The translations under genes and the position numbers were made by a program. A stretch of 64,000 nt of DNA, taken from Eledone cirrhosa (lineage: Eukaryota). Numbering within the stretch: the stretch's first letter is position 1; the number at the start of each line of letters is the position of its first letter. Under the pieces are notes generated by a model. That model was not told the DNA's origin, ran no database searches, and saw nothing but the letters and a program-made list of their open reading frames with translations. Shown here one piece after another: positions 27,074-41,654 of the stretch. Where the stretch lies: the NCBI GenBank assembly GCA_964016885.1, contig OZ024740.1, positions 190,278,001 through 190,342,000 of the forward strand, given 5' to 3'.

Positions 27074-27622
27074 GTGCCTGTGTGTGTGAGTTTGTGTGTA
27101 TGTGTGTATTTGTGTGTACATAAGATGATGTTGTGCTCACGGGTTTTCGTGTTTCGCAAAAGGTTCAAATTGGAATGGGAGGGCATGGAAGACGACGCAA
27201 AGGAGTAGGAGATTTTAGCGAGCAAGACTGCGGCCATTCTCGAGCGCGTGTGGCAAGTGGTGCGTGTTGGTGGTTTGCTGACTTTTCGAGTGATCATAAG
27301 CGATCTGGGAATAAAACTGACAAAAGATTTTCATCGACCTTTTGGGTATGCGGAAGATCTGCGCGAAATGATGCCGATGCTGCTGAACGAAGACCAGTTG
27401 AAACCACGCATGCAGGTGTGTCAGGACAACCTTGGGCGTATTGAAACCGAACGAGACTTGCTGGGAAGAGTCATCAACGCTAATGAATGATGCATCTTTG
27501 AGATGGTTCGTAAAGATCGTTATATTCGAGGAGGAATAATTTTGGAGGTGAAAACTTATAGTTTGTTGCTTGGATTTGAACTATCTTTGGTAGCCAAGCC
27601 CTCTTTCCTTTTTGACAAACCT

Positions 27623-27748
<126 letters not shown>

Positions 27749-27917
27749 CATGGAGTGTGTGTGTTTGTGTGTGAGAGAGAGAGGGAGGGAGAGAAAGGGA
27801 GAATAGGGAAAATATGATTTTCTGTATAGGTATTAAAATGTCCTTTATTTACAAAGCTGTGATACATATTAGAATGATAATGGTGGCTATATGAATGTAA
27901 CCTTATTACGTAGACAT

Positions 27918-27998
27918 GCTGTCTGATGATATCACTTGACTAATTACGCGAATGACCAATCAAGTAGCCACGATCGTCATTGAAATGTGCATCACAGC
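27918..27998 (+). ncRNA. Type I hammerhead ribozyme, intact core, within fold-back cassette ~27790-28210
   Basis: GCTGT-CTGATGA-TATCAC...GTCATT-GAAA-TG-tg-CA-TC-ACAGC; NUH is AUC; a diverged inverted partial copy lies at ~27815-27890. Confidence 0.85.
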
Positions 27999-28207
27999 TT
28001 TGTTAAAACAGTAAAATTTAACATCTACACCGAACTTCGTGTTTTCCTTATAATATTTATAGTATGACACTGACTGACAAATATAGGGAAGAAAATATAT
28101 GACAATAAGTACTTCAATATACCCTTTTCTTTTTCTCTCCTTTATGTATGTAATTTATCTATCTTGTTAAAGTCTCCAGCTGCATTTGCATCTACTCATT
28201 ATATTAT

Positions 28208-28318
<111 letters not shown>

Positions 28319-28881
28319 CACGTAGACATGTATGGATGCAAATATATACTGTGAGCACCTAACCAGGGCCAAATATATCGATTACGTACAATTCCAAAAT
28401 ATGTTTATTTTGACTAAAACGAATTCAACGAAAAAGAAGAGAAAAAGAAAACCAATAATAGATAATAATGATTGTTTCAGTGGTAAGTTTTAATCAAATT
28501 CGCTTGTCTATGAACTCGACACGTCGGAAATTAATATACATTCAGCAACAGCTTTCAGCTGAGTCATATCCGTTTCTAAATTAATATGTTGTAGAACAAG
28601 TTTATTCGTTTAAATGAATCATAAATTATTACTGACATCATATATTCTATGAGAGAATCTGCATCTCCATCATCAAGCTTATAACGCTGTAATCAACAGA
28701 AGTATGATATATACATTCTTAATCACAAACCTTCGCTGATACATTTGAATGAAGAGTATATATTTAAATCATAGTTTCAATCACAGCATTTAAGGAAAGA
28801 AACGTAAATGAATCATTACATGAAATGTATAACGACATTAACATTTAGAAATCATTAGTATTTTATTTTCACTCCTAATAC

Positions 28882-31164
28882 AACTGCATGACAAAATGAA
28901 AAAATAATGTTTCTATAGAAGGAGATGAGGTGATATTGGTTAATTATAGTTTGTTATTTGTAAATATAACCTAAGTTTTGCAACACCACATTTAGATTTG
29001 AGGAACTAAATGCAATACATCAAATGTTCGTAATTGTATATTAAGAATACATTTGCTTGTTGTTTGTGACAAATGTGAGAGCTGTAAAATTAGGTATGAC
29101 GCTTATTAGGTCATGTTTATTTTTAGAAGAATCGCCATGATAAATTTGTAAATGTAGATATAGCTCGCTCATGCCTATTCTTAGAACACGTTGATTAAAT
29201 TTCGTATTGCAGATTTATTGTGAGTCGGTATGTTATATTGGTAATTGTATTGTTCATTCTTAACTGGTGTTCTTGTATGACTGCATGACATGTGTATAGC
29301 AACGACCCAGATCACGTTTTCCCTATACTGTGGGGAATATACATTGAAGGAATGTATGAGAAACATCACATCATTCAAATAAGTAAGATTCGATGATTAT
29401 TTCAAAATAAAACTTGAAGACAAAGATACATTTTTTACTCCATATATTGAATGCAACAATTGCTGTATTCAGCTATCTTTGCGGTCTAGTGGCAATCTGA
29501 AACTAATGCTATTTACCACATTGATAGCATGGTGAAAATAAATCAACCATTCTATTCATTGCTTTAGTTATTTTACTAATGTTGAGGGGTTGAGTCAGAA
29601 AACTACAAAGTATCAATTTGCCATATGCCATAAGACCATAGCCATAAGAAGATGAAATTGCTCCTGTTCAAGCAATCAAACTTGAGTGAGTTAGATGATG
29701 ATTCCGATATATAGACAAAATGAATGTTAAGGATTTTCAAATTCATCATCCATACCCCAAAATAAATAAAAAAAAAACAACTGAATCATTTTGTTCCAAA
29801 TTTGGGAATATCTACGAATGATACTTATCTGGCTGGAACAATTCTAAGAAAATTTGGTGTCAAAGGCCAAGGAAACCAAACAACAGTGTACACACATTAT
29901 GAAAAGAAACTTGTACAAATCTTTGCCACACATGATGAGCTGTGTTTGGTTACTTGCAAGACGAATACCGTGTTGATGATGGCACTGATATTTCCCTCTA
30001 ATGTCAAGACAGATTGGTGGTTATTCATTGATGGCAGTGTTTTCAGCTTAAGGAGAGTCCTTTTGCGTGCTGGTAATGAATATCCAGAGATTCTATTGGG
30101 TTATTGGAATATTGAAAACTCATCAAATGCCACCATCAACATGTTACTTTCCTTGATCGTCCATGATGAGTTCATGTGGAGCGCTGGAGGTAGCTTGAAG
30201 ATGATAGATGTTTTAACTGGAATGCAAAAGAGCTACGGCATTTTGCGGCTTCTTTTGTCTGTGCGACAGCCAGCTTCTAAATGAGCACTACAGTTGACAG
30301 GATTGGCCATCACGTCATGAAGCGACACCAAGTAATAACAGATTTCAATACATATCACTAGTTTAACCAGAGCTAAATGTGTAGCCACCATTACATATTA
30401 AAGGTGGAATCTTCAAATAATTCATGACGTCACTAGACCCTGTGGAGCAATCTATCAAATTGCTGGAAGCTATCGTTCCTCGAACAAGCTAAATATTCAA
30501 ATATGCGTGTTTGTTGGACCAGGCATTAGCAAACTGATGAAGAATCAAATGTTCAGAGATTCACTGAATGAAGTTGAATGACAAACTCGTGATGATGTGT
30601 TAAAAAACAGGTGAAAACCTTATTAGTAAGAAACAAAACCCGAATTATACGGGCTGGAATTGTGGTTTCCTTCTATGCACAGGTTGACAAAATATTCTTG
30701 AAGATTCACTATTTAAAGACTCGCTTCGATTTCTTTCCTTTATATTCGGGTTGGATCAGTGAAGAGTATGTTGACATATTTCATCAAGCGATCAATACTA
30801 TTGAAACGATGTTGCCAGGGTGAGCCGGTCCCCGCATGATGGTAGATCGGGTTGGATTCACTTTTCTTGATTTCCATGCTACTAACCTTGACAGTGAAAT
30901 TAATGATGTAACTTTTTTGTTTTTTATCTAAGTGTACATGTTCTTTTTTAACAGTGAATAATTGTAGTTTAGTACATAAGTAAATTACAGGCTATGTTAA
31001 CAATATTATACTTGTTTTGGGGATATTTAGTATATATGGGATATCATGTAAATCAAAATGTAGAAGGGATGGAGCAAAACTAATTTCATATTCATAAAGA
31101 ACACCATACATTTCTAATGTAACCTAAAGTAATATTTGCAAAAAATAATTAGTGTCATGCAGTC
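28882..31164 (+). mobile_element. Decayed Chapaev3-like (CMC) DNA transposon
   Basis: Transposase relics CGEYT (~29330), WWLFIDGS..SL..VLL..GN, PLHIK.G, VFVGP, LKIHYL...DFFP...SEE...FHQ; inverted termini ACTGCATGACA (28883-28893) and TGTCATGCAGT (31153-31163). Confidence 0.75.
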
Positions 31165-32581
31165 TTACTTGGTGGTAAGTATATGATACATGAAATAATA
31201 GTTGAAAATATGCTCTCATTCAGAAACAAATATTTGTAGGAATTTTAATTATTCTCTTTTCGCAAAGCTAATCAGTATTTGGTTGAATCGCCACTGTAAA
31301 GTTTCCATCTATTATTAATTGAATATTTTAATTTCTATGATTTAATATAGACTGGTTTCATATTTATTATTACATTATTTTCAAGTAACAAATAATCTGG
31401 GGTTCTCTGAGTGTTTGTTTCCATGTATATGACTGAGTATTGTGATCTTTGAGAGAAAAAACGCAATGAATAAACTATAGAAATTGCTAGTGAAAGAGAG
31501 TGGCATAGAACATCACAATAGCCCCATGTAACTGAATATCATGAATACATCTGCATACAGATTTTAAAACTTTCCTTATTCGCAAATTATACATGTCTCA
31601 AAAATAATTATTTTAATAAGTAATACAATCTAGTAAGTGGAAATAACCATGTACTGTGAATATATAGTTTGCGGGTAAAATATCATTGTGAGCCATACTA
31701 AGCATTTCAAATAATTAGCTAATGAAAAGTGAAATATTTCTGTTGTTTTCAACATATGAATGTTAAGAAGGATTCTCATATACATTACCTTTAATTTCCA
31801 AAGTTTCAAATAGTTCATAACATTAGTCATCTTGCTCACCGTCTTTTGAATATCTGCACCACTACGGAGAATAATTGGCTACTAATTTCACCAATTTGGC
31901 CTAGCATTTAGATCCGTGGCTACTAAACTCCAAATGGCAATAAATAAAATAGCAATAGCCGTTGTAATAATTCAGAATCTCACATTAATTTAGCTTTGAA
32001 TTCAACTACCACTGAGCACCTCACCTGTCATTCATTCGATAATGATAAATAATGCATGAGGTCAGAAAAGTGGATTGGCGGCAATGTTAAAGCGTCGATC
32101 GAAACAGTTAGCTCTTGTTACTCACTAGAATCTTTTTGATCTGGATCCAAACTATCCTAAGCTGTCGATAACTAGGACTAATTTCTCGACCACCAGAGCA
32201 CTCTAACTAAATAGCAATGCATCTACGTGAGTAGGCAAGCCTACAATTACTATAGCTAAAATAGCAATGATATATTGATGTTTTAATCCTGTAGTGAATC
32301 CATTGTTAATTTCAGTTAATTGAAATATTTCAAAATAACAGATTTGGCAGATCTATGATCGAAAATCTTAGATACGTGAGTAATTTGAGGTATATAGTAC
32401 CACTGATTACAATTACCTGCAGTTATATCTATGTTTCGTGTAGCTGGTCGAATGATAACGTAGAGATTCTTTCGATTCTTTTCAAACATTTAAAACTATA
32501 TAGGAAATTACACAGATTATAAAACGACTAAGCAAATCATTCGGAAGATTTCGTCTCATCAGAGGCTGTTAGATGGAGAGT

Positions 32582-32661
<80 letters not shown>

Positions 32662-32689
32662 TTGGCGTTAGCATGTTTGTTGAACGGTG

Positions 32690-32965
32690 GAGATGCGTGG
32701 CAAAGTGGTAAGGCTGTTTGTGCCTTGCGATAAAAATGTGGATTCAAATTCTGGATTGGCGTTATGTTCTCGGGTAAAATCGATCCTTTCACGTTTCGTT
32801 AATATACTCAGTTGAAAATGAGCACAAGCAATATTTGGGGTTTTAACTCAGCGATGGACTGGCGTCCTAACCAAGGGGGATTCTCGGAGTCTCAGTAGTT
32901 TCACGACACAGAATCCGGCATAAGGATCGGCTTGGCGACCCTCAGGGCTCCAGACAGACTTTAGG
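32690..32965 (+). mobile_element. tRNA-derived SINE, diverged
   Basis: A box TGGCAAAGTGG, B-box-like GATTCAAATTC and GCGATGGACTGGCGTCC; related to 24705-24960; follows (GA)n at 32587-32659. Confidence 0.6.
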
Positions 32966-33844
32966 TTTTAGTAGTGGGTTGAAAGCTACAGCATATTCCT
33001 GCATAGCTAAAATTTAAGAATGCCACATTCTCTCACTCCATCAATTATTGCCAAAAGGAACGACAATGGTCCTAATACATTAAATTCTCCTGCATGTTTC
33101 AAGGTGAACTCTCATCTTCAGCAAAATGTTACATGTTTCTCTAGATTCCGGATATTATACTAAAGAAAATACAGACAATGATTCTTCTTAATTAGTAGAA
33201 AACTTACAATAACTGTGTTTGCAGTTATTGTAAGTTTACAATAACTGGCCTGTTACAAACACTTATTTTCTTTTCCTTGTTTGGTATGCCAATTTGATAG
33301 ATTTAACTTTTCAACGTTTAATCTTTTGCTACAAGCAATAGGCCTTTGTTTTCTATTGTAATCCACAGTTGAGATGTTGCAGACGATGGTTTTTTATTTA
33401 CAGTTTGAGGGAGGGTTTCAACAACAAATGCCGACTTCATATAATTTCCTACCTCAAAGCTTCCTTCTCCGTGTATATCTTGTAATCAGCATTTTAATCA
33501 AATTCTAGATTCTTGCAGCTGATATTGCTATTGTGTGTGTTACTATATTTAGTTTTTTACCTAGAATTTCTTCCTTCTATATATTTGGCATTTTTGACAA
33601 GTGTGTTTATCTGTTCTATTGCATATAGCAATTGAGCCTACTTATAGTAAGCTATAAAGATATGTATCCTTAATTATGCCTGTGACTATATAGCTGAATC
33701 TGACGTTGTCAACTTCATTCTAATATTGCTTGATCGATGTCACTATGGGTTGTGGTACGAAAAGGAACTCCTTTGTCTTTTTGGATTGCTTCTGGAGATA
33801 AGGATGCAACGATCTTCGTCTCCTATTCCAGAGCATTAACAAAT

Positions 33845-34035
33845 AGTTGTTTCTACGTTAGGCACAAGGCCAGCAATTATCCAGTGTATTACTGGTACTT
33901 TATTTTATCGACCCCGTAAGGATGAAAGGCAAAGTTAACCTCGGCGGGATTTGAACTCAGAATGGCAAGGGCCGTAACTCTATGCGCCAAAGCATGGCAT
34001 CCGACACTCTACCAATACTGCCAATCCACCGCCTT
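33845..34035 (-). mobile_element. tRNA-derived SINE (Octopus-type)
   Basis: Near copy of 25255-25441. Confidence 0.85.
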
Positions 34036-35240
34036 AACAAATAGTGTTGTTGGAAGAGGGGTCGTTGGAACATGTGGTTAATTTTGACGTTCGATCTATA
34101 TTTTGAAATTCTTTTGGGAAGTAAGTTTTAAAATACTTTTTGCTTCCACGGTTATAGCAACGTAGTTTTCTAAAATGCACCGTCAGTCACCATAGAACAT
34201 TTTATGGGCCCATGCCGTGAAAGAAATTCCGCATTGCACTTAAAGTCCGTGTGGATCATTCCAGACAATATTCTATTGTATTCTGCCCTCTACACCTAAT
34301 ATCCAGGCATTCTGCCTCTCAAATGGAAATATAAGGTGGGGATTGATATATCTACCAGTGCCTCTGACAGTCATCAATGTATGGCGCTGTCGCATGTTTT
34401 GGGATACGAGACATTGAGCGGATTTTCTGTGCATTATTTAGAACGGGGTCGTTGCATTGCCTATGTCCTGAAGGGCAAGTCAATAGTTACACTTTAATCA
34501 GTGAAGTGACACATTGACACTATTCTTCTACATATCTTTAGAGGTTAATCAATCTCTATCTGAAAATATATTCAACCTTTAACGATGCAAAAATACGTGT
34601 TGTTACTATATTCATTGGCACAAATATATTTTTCGGGCATGTTTAAGGGGACATATGAATTGTATACTGAGGCAATCTTGCTATTGCTCCTACGCTTGGG
34701 TCTTGTTCATATGTAAAACATTCCTATTAGAAATGTTATGGGCAATACTGATCTATTGTAATTTGTATATCCGTTTCACTAGGCTATTTCGTATCCAATA
34801 TAGTTACACCTATTTTGTCATATTTATACTACTTTTAAGTAGCATCGTAATGTCAACTTCCGAGCTGCAACGTCAAGATTTTCGTTTGTGTGGTATTTAC
34901 ATATTTTGAGATTTCAGTACCAATTGCAGCGTCTGCACCAATGTGCTAAAACACGAGAAAAGTCAAAATAATTCGAAATAAAAACATGAATTTAGTGACT
35001 TTTACCTCAACAGTGAGAAATATATGCAGTAACATATACATTAATATTTCCGTTAAAGATAAGGTGTCTATTATATATATATTCGGTGAACAACGGTCTT
35101 TACATGAAACTTTAAGGTTTCACACTTAAAACCACTTAGAGATTCAAATACATGGGAGACAAAATAAACACGTTTCGATAAAAGCATGATCCTCCGACCA
35201 ACAACAACGACGACGACGACGTCAATGATAATAATAATAA

Positions 35241-38200
35241 TACTTTCTTTATTAACCAAAAGGGTTTACATAAAGTAGACATTAAGGACAGTACAGGACA
35301 ATACAGTCGGTAAAAATGGGCATTTCTGCTTGTAAAAAACAAGAAACAGAGGATGTAATAATAGAACAATGAAAAAATTCCCCAATAGGGGGGAGAGTTC
35401 CGAGGTACATTCGTGGAGAAAGCCCATTAACAAGCCACAGTGACCCTGACCACCAAGGCAAGTGCCGCTCCCAGTTTTCCACCTTTAATTTACAGAAACA
35501 GACTCAGAGTAGGCCCATTCACTCGGGCCATTCTTCACTCTCTCACCCATCTGTCAACAACATTCTGGGAAGAGAGCACTTCCCTTTCTACGCTGATTTT
35601 CCTTTTCAAATGAAATTTGAAAAAGTTAATCAGGGCATCACCGGAGAGGTAAGTGCTCGTCTTCAGCCCTTTAAAACGTGCCCACCATACTATCTCTTTC
35701 GCCATGGCCACCAGACAGATAAAAACTGCCTGCCCTTCCCGGCTAAAGGGAGAGGGCGAGACAATACTCACGATGGTCTCAGCTGATAGCTGGATCCGTC
35801 CCACACGCGACAGCAGGTTTTCGACATAAACCCACAAGTCAGCAATGCTCGGACACTGGACGAGTGCGTGCAAGACGGTTTCGTCGCCCTGTGCGCATCT
35901 CGGACATGCCCGGCTGACGGCACTTCCATGCCTGTAGAGTTTATCCCGAACTGGCAAAGCTCCTCGGTAGCACTGCCAGACTAGTGATTTTTGGAAGTTG
36001 TCCATAGGCCCAGGCCCGAAAGTTCTTCCGAAGAGATTAGCTAGTTGATTTTCGTCGACGCCTAGAGTTTCCCCAAGTACGCCGTCGCTCTTCCCCTCCA
36101 CTAATCCTCTATAGAACGCCAAGGTGGACTTTCCACCGATCACATTGCCCGATTGGTCGAGGGCTGTGAGCGCCTGAAGAGATTCCAGTCTCCAAGCGCT
36201 CCCTCTCGGTCTTCGCTTGACCCAGGACTGCAGATCCGTCAAGGAGACGAGCTGGGGAAAGACGCGTCTAGCAAACGGAGACCACACGTGATCACCGTCG
36301 AGGAAGAGGTGGAGATGTCGTAACCTGAGCGCGTGTCTGCGCATCATCAGCAACGGCATTCCCAGCTCTCCACGTAGCGGGTGTTGACAGCAGATGGACC
36401 GCCTGACCATCGGAGCGCGTCCCTTCCACAAAAAGCGAAAGAGCAAACGCTCCAGCGCAGTCACGCGGGGCTTAGGACAAGGTACGACTTTCAGGCGGTA
36501 GTAGATGACGGACGCGATATACGCGTTAGCCACCTCCGCTCGACCTTTCAGGGATAGCTTCCTCTCCGCCCATTTCTGGGTGAGAGAAGCCACCCTGCTC
36601 GTCACCTCGTCCCAGTTTTTGTCCGTCTGGAGATCCGGACCGAACCAGTCCCCGAGCAATTTAACTGGTCCGTCCGTCCAGAGCCCGACGACGCTGTTGG
36701 ACGGCATGGACCTGCCTCTCCAGGTACCGAACTGCAGGCCCACTGACTTTTCCTGGTTGATCATTGCTCTTGTCACCGCTTCGTATTCTCTTAGTGTAGT
36801 ACCGATGGCCTCGATATGTTTGGCGTTCGACACCACTACGGTGAGATCGTCCGCATATGCTGACACGGATCTTCAACGACAAGCGCCAACCTCTTTGCTA
36901 GTACCTTGGCCAAAATCTTGAACTCTGTGTTTAGCAGTGTTATGGGCCTAAAATTATGTATGTTATCCCTCTTGTTCGGATCTTTTCTCAGCAGCGCCAC
37001 AGCTCCTTGGCTCACAGAGCTGGGAATTCTCCCGTTCTGTTGCCAGTTGCAGTAGACGCCCGCCAAGAGGCCTCCGAACAAATCTGGCATTTGTACGTAA
37101 AGTTCATAGGGCAGACCATCCAAACGAGTCGATTTACCCCTTCTGCAGCTAGTCATTGCCTCCCGTACTTCAGCGGCTGTTATCGGCTTTTCCCAACACT
37201 CCGCCTCAGTGGCGGAGAGCTGCGTCAGTCCGTCGAGGTAGACACTAAAATCCATCCCTCGATCCGGCTCGCCGCAGCCCCCGAACAACTGAGCGAAGTA
37301 TCGCTGAAAAGCTTCACACATTTGCCCGGGATCGAGTAGCATGCGCCCGTCGTGGTCCACCAAAGACCCGATTGGGGCTATGTTGCCACGACGCGCCTCC
37401 GCCACTCGAGCCCATTGAACGGCTTTCGTCCCCTCGTGTCTGAGAGCACGCACCCTAGCTCTGACAACGCAGCCTTCGTGCTTTGCATTGAAGAATTGTT
37501 CAAGGGCCAATTTCGCCTCAAGTACGTCGGTCGCAATGCCTTTGCTAAGCGCCTCGTCCAATTTTCTAACTAATTCTCCCTCTGCTCTATTTTTCTCTAT
37601 TGCTAAAGCCTTACTAAACCTAATGGACTCTATTCTAATTGCTATTTTCAGAGCAAACCACCACTTGTTGTTGACGATGGCCCCCGTCAACGCCCGCTTA
37701 ACTAGTTCGCTAATCCGGTCTCTGTATGCCCTGCGCGCTGGTAAGGAAGCCTATCTAAGTCAAGCACACAGATCACGAATTTGTGGTCCGTGTAGCTGAC
37801 TATCTTGAATTATGGACAGCCTATGCTAGACCTATCTATTTCTCTACAAAATACTCTATCTAGATATGATCTGGATGACCCTATACGATTTGTCCAAGTC
37901 CACATTGGCACATTCGGGAAATCCAATCGGTATCTGTCAGACAGTTCAAAACGCCTGAGCGAGTCGGTGACGCTCTTGCACACTCCTCCCCTATCCGCTA
38001 ATCCCACACAGTCCCAGTCGCCCACTAACACTAAAGAGCGGGGGTTCCAAGAAAGGACTCCAGACGCCGGAAGAAATCAGGACGCCCTGCTCCTGTCGGG
38101 GCATAGACGGCCACTAGCCTGAAAGCTTGCCCGTCTCTGCTGGTCACGTCCAGCACCACCAACTTACCTTCTGGGTCCACGAAGATGGCCCGTATGGCAA

Positions 38201-40585
38201 GATCCAAACCTCTCCGAAAAAGCACATAAACTCCCCCCCTCCCTCCGATCCCGGACGGCTGGGAGATGCGTACACATCGTAGCCGCCGCAGATCGATGCG
38301 AAGGCCCGTGCTTCGGAGATTCTGGTCTCGCTGATGGCCACTACATCTATGTTTAGTGACCTGAGGTCGCGAGCAGATGGCCCTGCTTCCATGACGACCC
38401 CAAGCCACGGGCATTTATGCTGCCTATTCTGAGTGAGGTCATGTTGAAATGGAGTGGAAAAGATGGGAAGGACCACTTTCCTTACTTCTCGTAGAGGAAG
38501 GATGTTTTCGCCATCCTTTTCACTGCTTTTGGCCTCCTCCGGAAGGATGTCCTTATAAATCCTCCTGGAGAGTGTTTGTCCGAAGTCTCCGATGTCTTTG
38601 GGGAATGTTTGTTTTAGTGTCGTGTACGTTTTCTTTGTGATGCGAGTGATTTATATGTGTGGAGGTGGTGTGAACTTCTGGGTTGTTGTGTAGTCTTTTT
38701 CTGTGATGCTGATGTTGTGTTGCATGTAGTGTAATAATTGGTTGTTGTTCAAATTGAATGCTGTGTAGTGTGTATCGTTTTGGTTGTTTTGTTTTGTTTG
38801 CGTTTGTTGTGGGTTTGTTTCTGTTACGCTTTTTGGTGACCTTTGTGGTGTTGATGATTGTGGTGTTGGGGTTAATGATGGTGATGGGGTTGGTGTTTGT
38901 GGTGATGGGGTTGGTGATGGTGGTGTGGATTGTGGCATATCTGTCCTAACTTTTTTGTTTGATAATTTATTTGTTTCCCTCTGTATTTTGTTTTTGGAGG
39001 GGGAAGGAAGATAATTTTTTTTCTTTTTTTCTTTTTTTTTTCTTTTTTCCTGATACCGTTTCCCACTCCTCGTCGTCACAATCTGTCTCCAGTTGCGATA
39101 AGCCGGGGAGTGGAAAATCCTCCACAGGGGTTGGTTTTGGTTATGGAGTGGTGGATGGTGTAGGCGATGGTGTTAGTTCTGGCGCGTTGGGTTGTGGTGG
39201 TGTTGGTTTTGCTACTGTTGCTGTTACAGTTGCTTCTGTTGTTGCTGCTACAGTTGTTGCTGCCATTTCTGCTGCTGGTGGTGTTGATGGTTGAGTCACT
39301 GGCGTGGTTAAGAGAGGTGGCTTCAACCTTTTAGCCTGAGGGCAGAAAGCCCTTAGGTGGGTTCCTTCACCACAAACGACACACCTACGCCTTCTGCCCT
39401 CGACGATTACGATGAGGTGGCTGCCGTCAGTGAGGTTTATTACCTCTGGGATCTCCTCAATGCTTTTATGGTGCGCTTGGAATCAGGAGCTCCATCCCAG
39501 ATCCGGACCAGTTCTCCTGCTTTTCCTTCGCTATTTAAATTATCTTGGTGTTGGCCTCGATACCGGCGAGGACGGCAGCCATTAGCCAGGGATTTCGATG
39601 GCCGGTGGACGTGGGTCACACTGATCGTCACAAGTCTCTGGCCACAATAGCTTGGGACGAGTGTGAAGTCGTCACTTCTTAATGAGGCTATGGAGTCTTC
39701 TCTGGACTCCTGTGGTGTTTCAAAGAACCCGTCCACGGTTCTATATTTCTGACCACGTCTGGTGTGTGTTTTTTTGCCCACACATGTCCCAAAGCTTTTT
39801 GGATTTGGGACTCGGATGCCCGTTCCACTCGGCGCGATTCTATGTTAATTATCCGATAAGACACAGTGCATAGACGACGATGCTCCATTTTATTAGGTGT
39901 GAGTGTGGGGAGGGGGGACGAGGATGACCCTGTACCCATCTTCCTTTACCATTCCTTTGGCTTCTTCTAATTCCACATGAGGTACCTGGCAAGACTTAGG
40001 GTAGTTTCATAATTTCATTGTTGTTGTTGTTGTTATAGTTATTTTTGTTATTGTTAATTTTAGTTTCAGTTGTGGTGGTGTTGGCGTCAGTGGTGTTCGG
40101 TGTGGAAGTGTTCATTTTAGTTGAATTCATTTCGATATCAACAGTTAATTTATTTTTTTATTTTGTTTCTGTTGTCGCTGTGGTGGTGGTGGGGTGGCGG
40201 CTTTAACACCAGCAGTCATTGGTAATGGCGGGAAATGAACGTCTGCCTGAGACAAATTAAAAATATTGCTACTGCTTACATTTCCAGTGTTGGCAACGTA
40301 GCAATATTTACAATGGTGGTGTCGGTGTGAGGTGTTAGATTGTGAGGAAGAAGTGACTCAGAGTGATCCATGATTTTTCAAAAAAAATGTTTTGTTTGAT
40401 AATTATAAAAAGTTTAAATTTTGGGCTCAAGTCCCCAATATTTTGAGTGTCCTTTTCAGAAATCAATGTATGTGCACTTATATACATTTAACAATAAAAA
40501 TTTTCCATAAATGGCAATTTTAAACAACTATAAATAACAAACCTTTGCGCAGCTCACGATGATACGATTTACTACGTAGGTCGCC
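35241..40585 (-). mobile_element. Tx1/L1-clade LINE A, end-to-end but decayed, with an internal RT deletion
   Basis: ORF1 has CCHC CVVCGEGTHLRAFC (~39340-39385). ORF2 has APE (SINARGL, VAISET, VYAP, GDWD, LDRV), RT (RPITLLNTEFKILAK, AYADD) and C-terminal CPRC..ETVLHALVQC. AATAAA is followed by (TTA)n. Confidence 0.9.
35535..38430 (-). pseudogene. Tx1-like ORF2 (APE-RT-CCHC), frameshifted
   Basis: ORF fragments 38144-38476, 38031-38414, 37810-38031, 36836-37690 and 35535-36866. Confidence 0.9.
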
Positions 40586-40621
<36 letters not shown>

Positions 40622-40622
<1 letters not shown>

Positions 40623-41635
40623 CTTTCTTTATTAACCACAAGGGTTTACATAAAGTAGACATTAAGGATAGTACAGGACAATACAGGGCAGTACAAATGG
40701 GCATTTCTGCGTGTAAAAAACCCCAAGAAACTGAGGATGTAATAATAGAAAAATGAAAAAAATTCCCCAATAGGGGGGAGACTTCCGAGGGAGATCGTGG
40801 AGAAAGACCATTAAAAATCCACAGTGACCCTGACCACCAGGTGTAGCGGGTGTTGACAGCAGACGGACCGCCTGACCATCGGAGCGCGTCCCTTCCACAA
40901 AAAGCGAAAGAGCAAACGCTCCAGCGCGGTCAGGCCGAGCTTAGGACATGGTACGACTGTCAGGCGGTAGAAGATGACAGACGCGATATACGCGTTAGCC
41001 ACCTCCACCGGAACTTTCAGGGATAGCTTCCTCTCCGCCCATTTCTGGGTGAGAGAAGCCACCGTACTCGTCACCTCGTCCCAGTTTTTGTCCGTCTGGT
41101 GGTCCGGACCTAACCAGACCCCGAGCAATTTAACCGGTCCGTCCGTCCAGCGCCCGACAACACTGTTGGACGGCATGGACCTGCCTCTCAAGGTGCCGAG
41201 CTGCAGGCCCACTAACTTTTCCTGGTTGATCATTGCTCCTGTCACCGCTTCGTATTCTCTTAGTGTACTGCCGATCGCCTCGGTGTGTTTGGTGTTCGAC
41301 ACCACTATGGTGAGATCTTCCGCATATGCTGACACGGATCTTCCGTATCCTAGTTTTACAATGGTGGTGTCGGTGTGAGGTGTTAGTTTGTGAGGAAGGT
41401 GTGTCACTTAGTCGTCCATGATTTTTCAAAGAAAAATCTTTTCTTTGATAATTATAAAAGTTTAAATTTTGGGCTCAAGGCCCCAATCTTTTAGTGTGTC
41501 ATTCTCAGATAACAATGTATGTGCACTTATATACAGTTAACAATAACAATTTTGCATAAAGAGCAATTGTAAACAACTGAAAATAACAACACTTTGCGGA
41601 GCTCACGATAATACGATTTACTACGCAGGTCGCCA
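40622..41635 (-). mobile_element. Tx1-like element B: 1-kb internally deleted derivative of family A
   Basis: 5'UTR (41355-41635 matches 40305-40585), RT fragment (40842-41345) and 3'UTR (40622-40841 matches 35241-35457); (TAA)n on both sides. Confidence 0.9.
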
Positions 41636-41654
41636 ATAATAATAATATTAATAT

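Noticed and set aside
27475-27570. CAACG-CTAATGA...GAAAACTTATAGTTTGTTG HHR-like string
   Set aside because: Core mutated, stem II not convincing, and register off by one.
30535-30545. CTGATGA word
   Set aside because: Lies in transposase coding relic with no stems or GAAA partner.
31170-35220. Possible host exons in non-repeat-looking AT-rich DNA
   Set aside because: Only short ORFs with no recognisable domain or consistent splice structure; a small exon cannot be excluded without RNA-seq.
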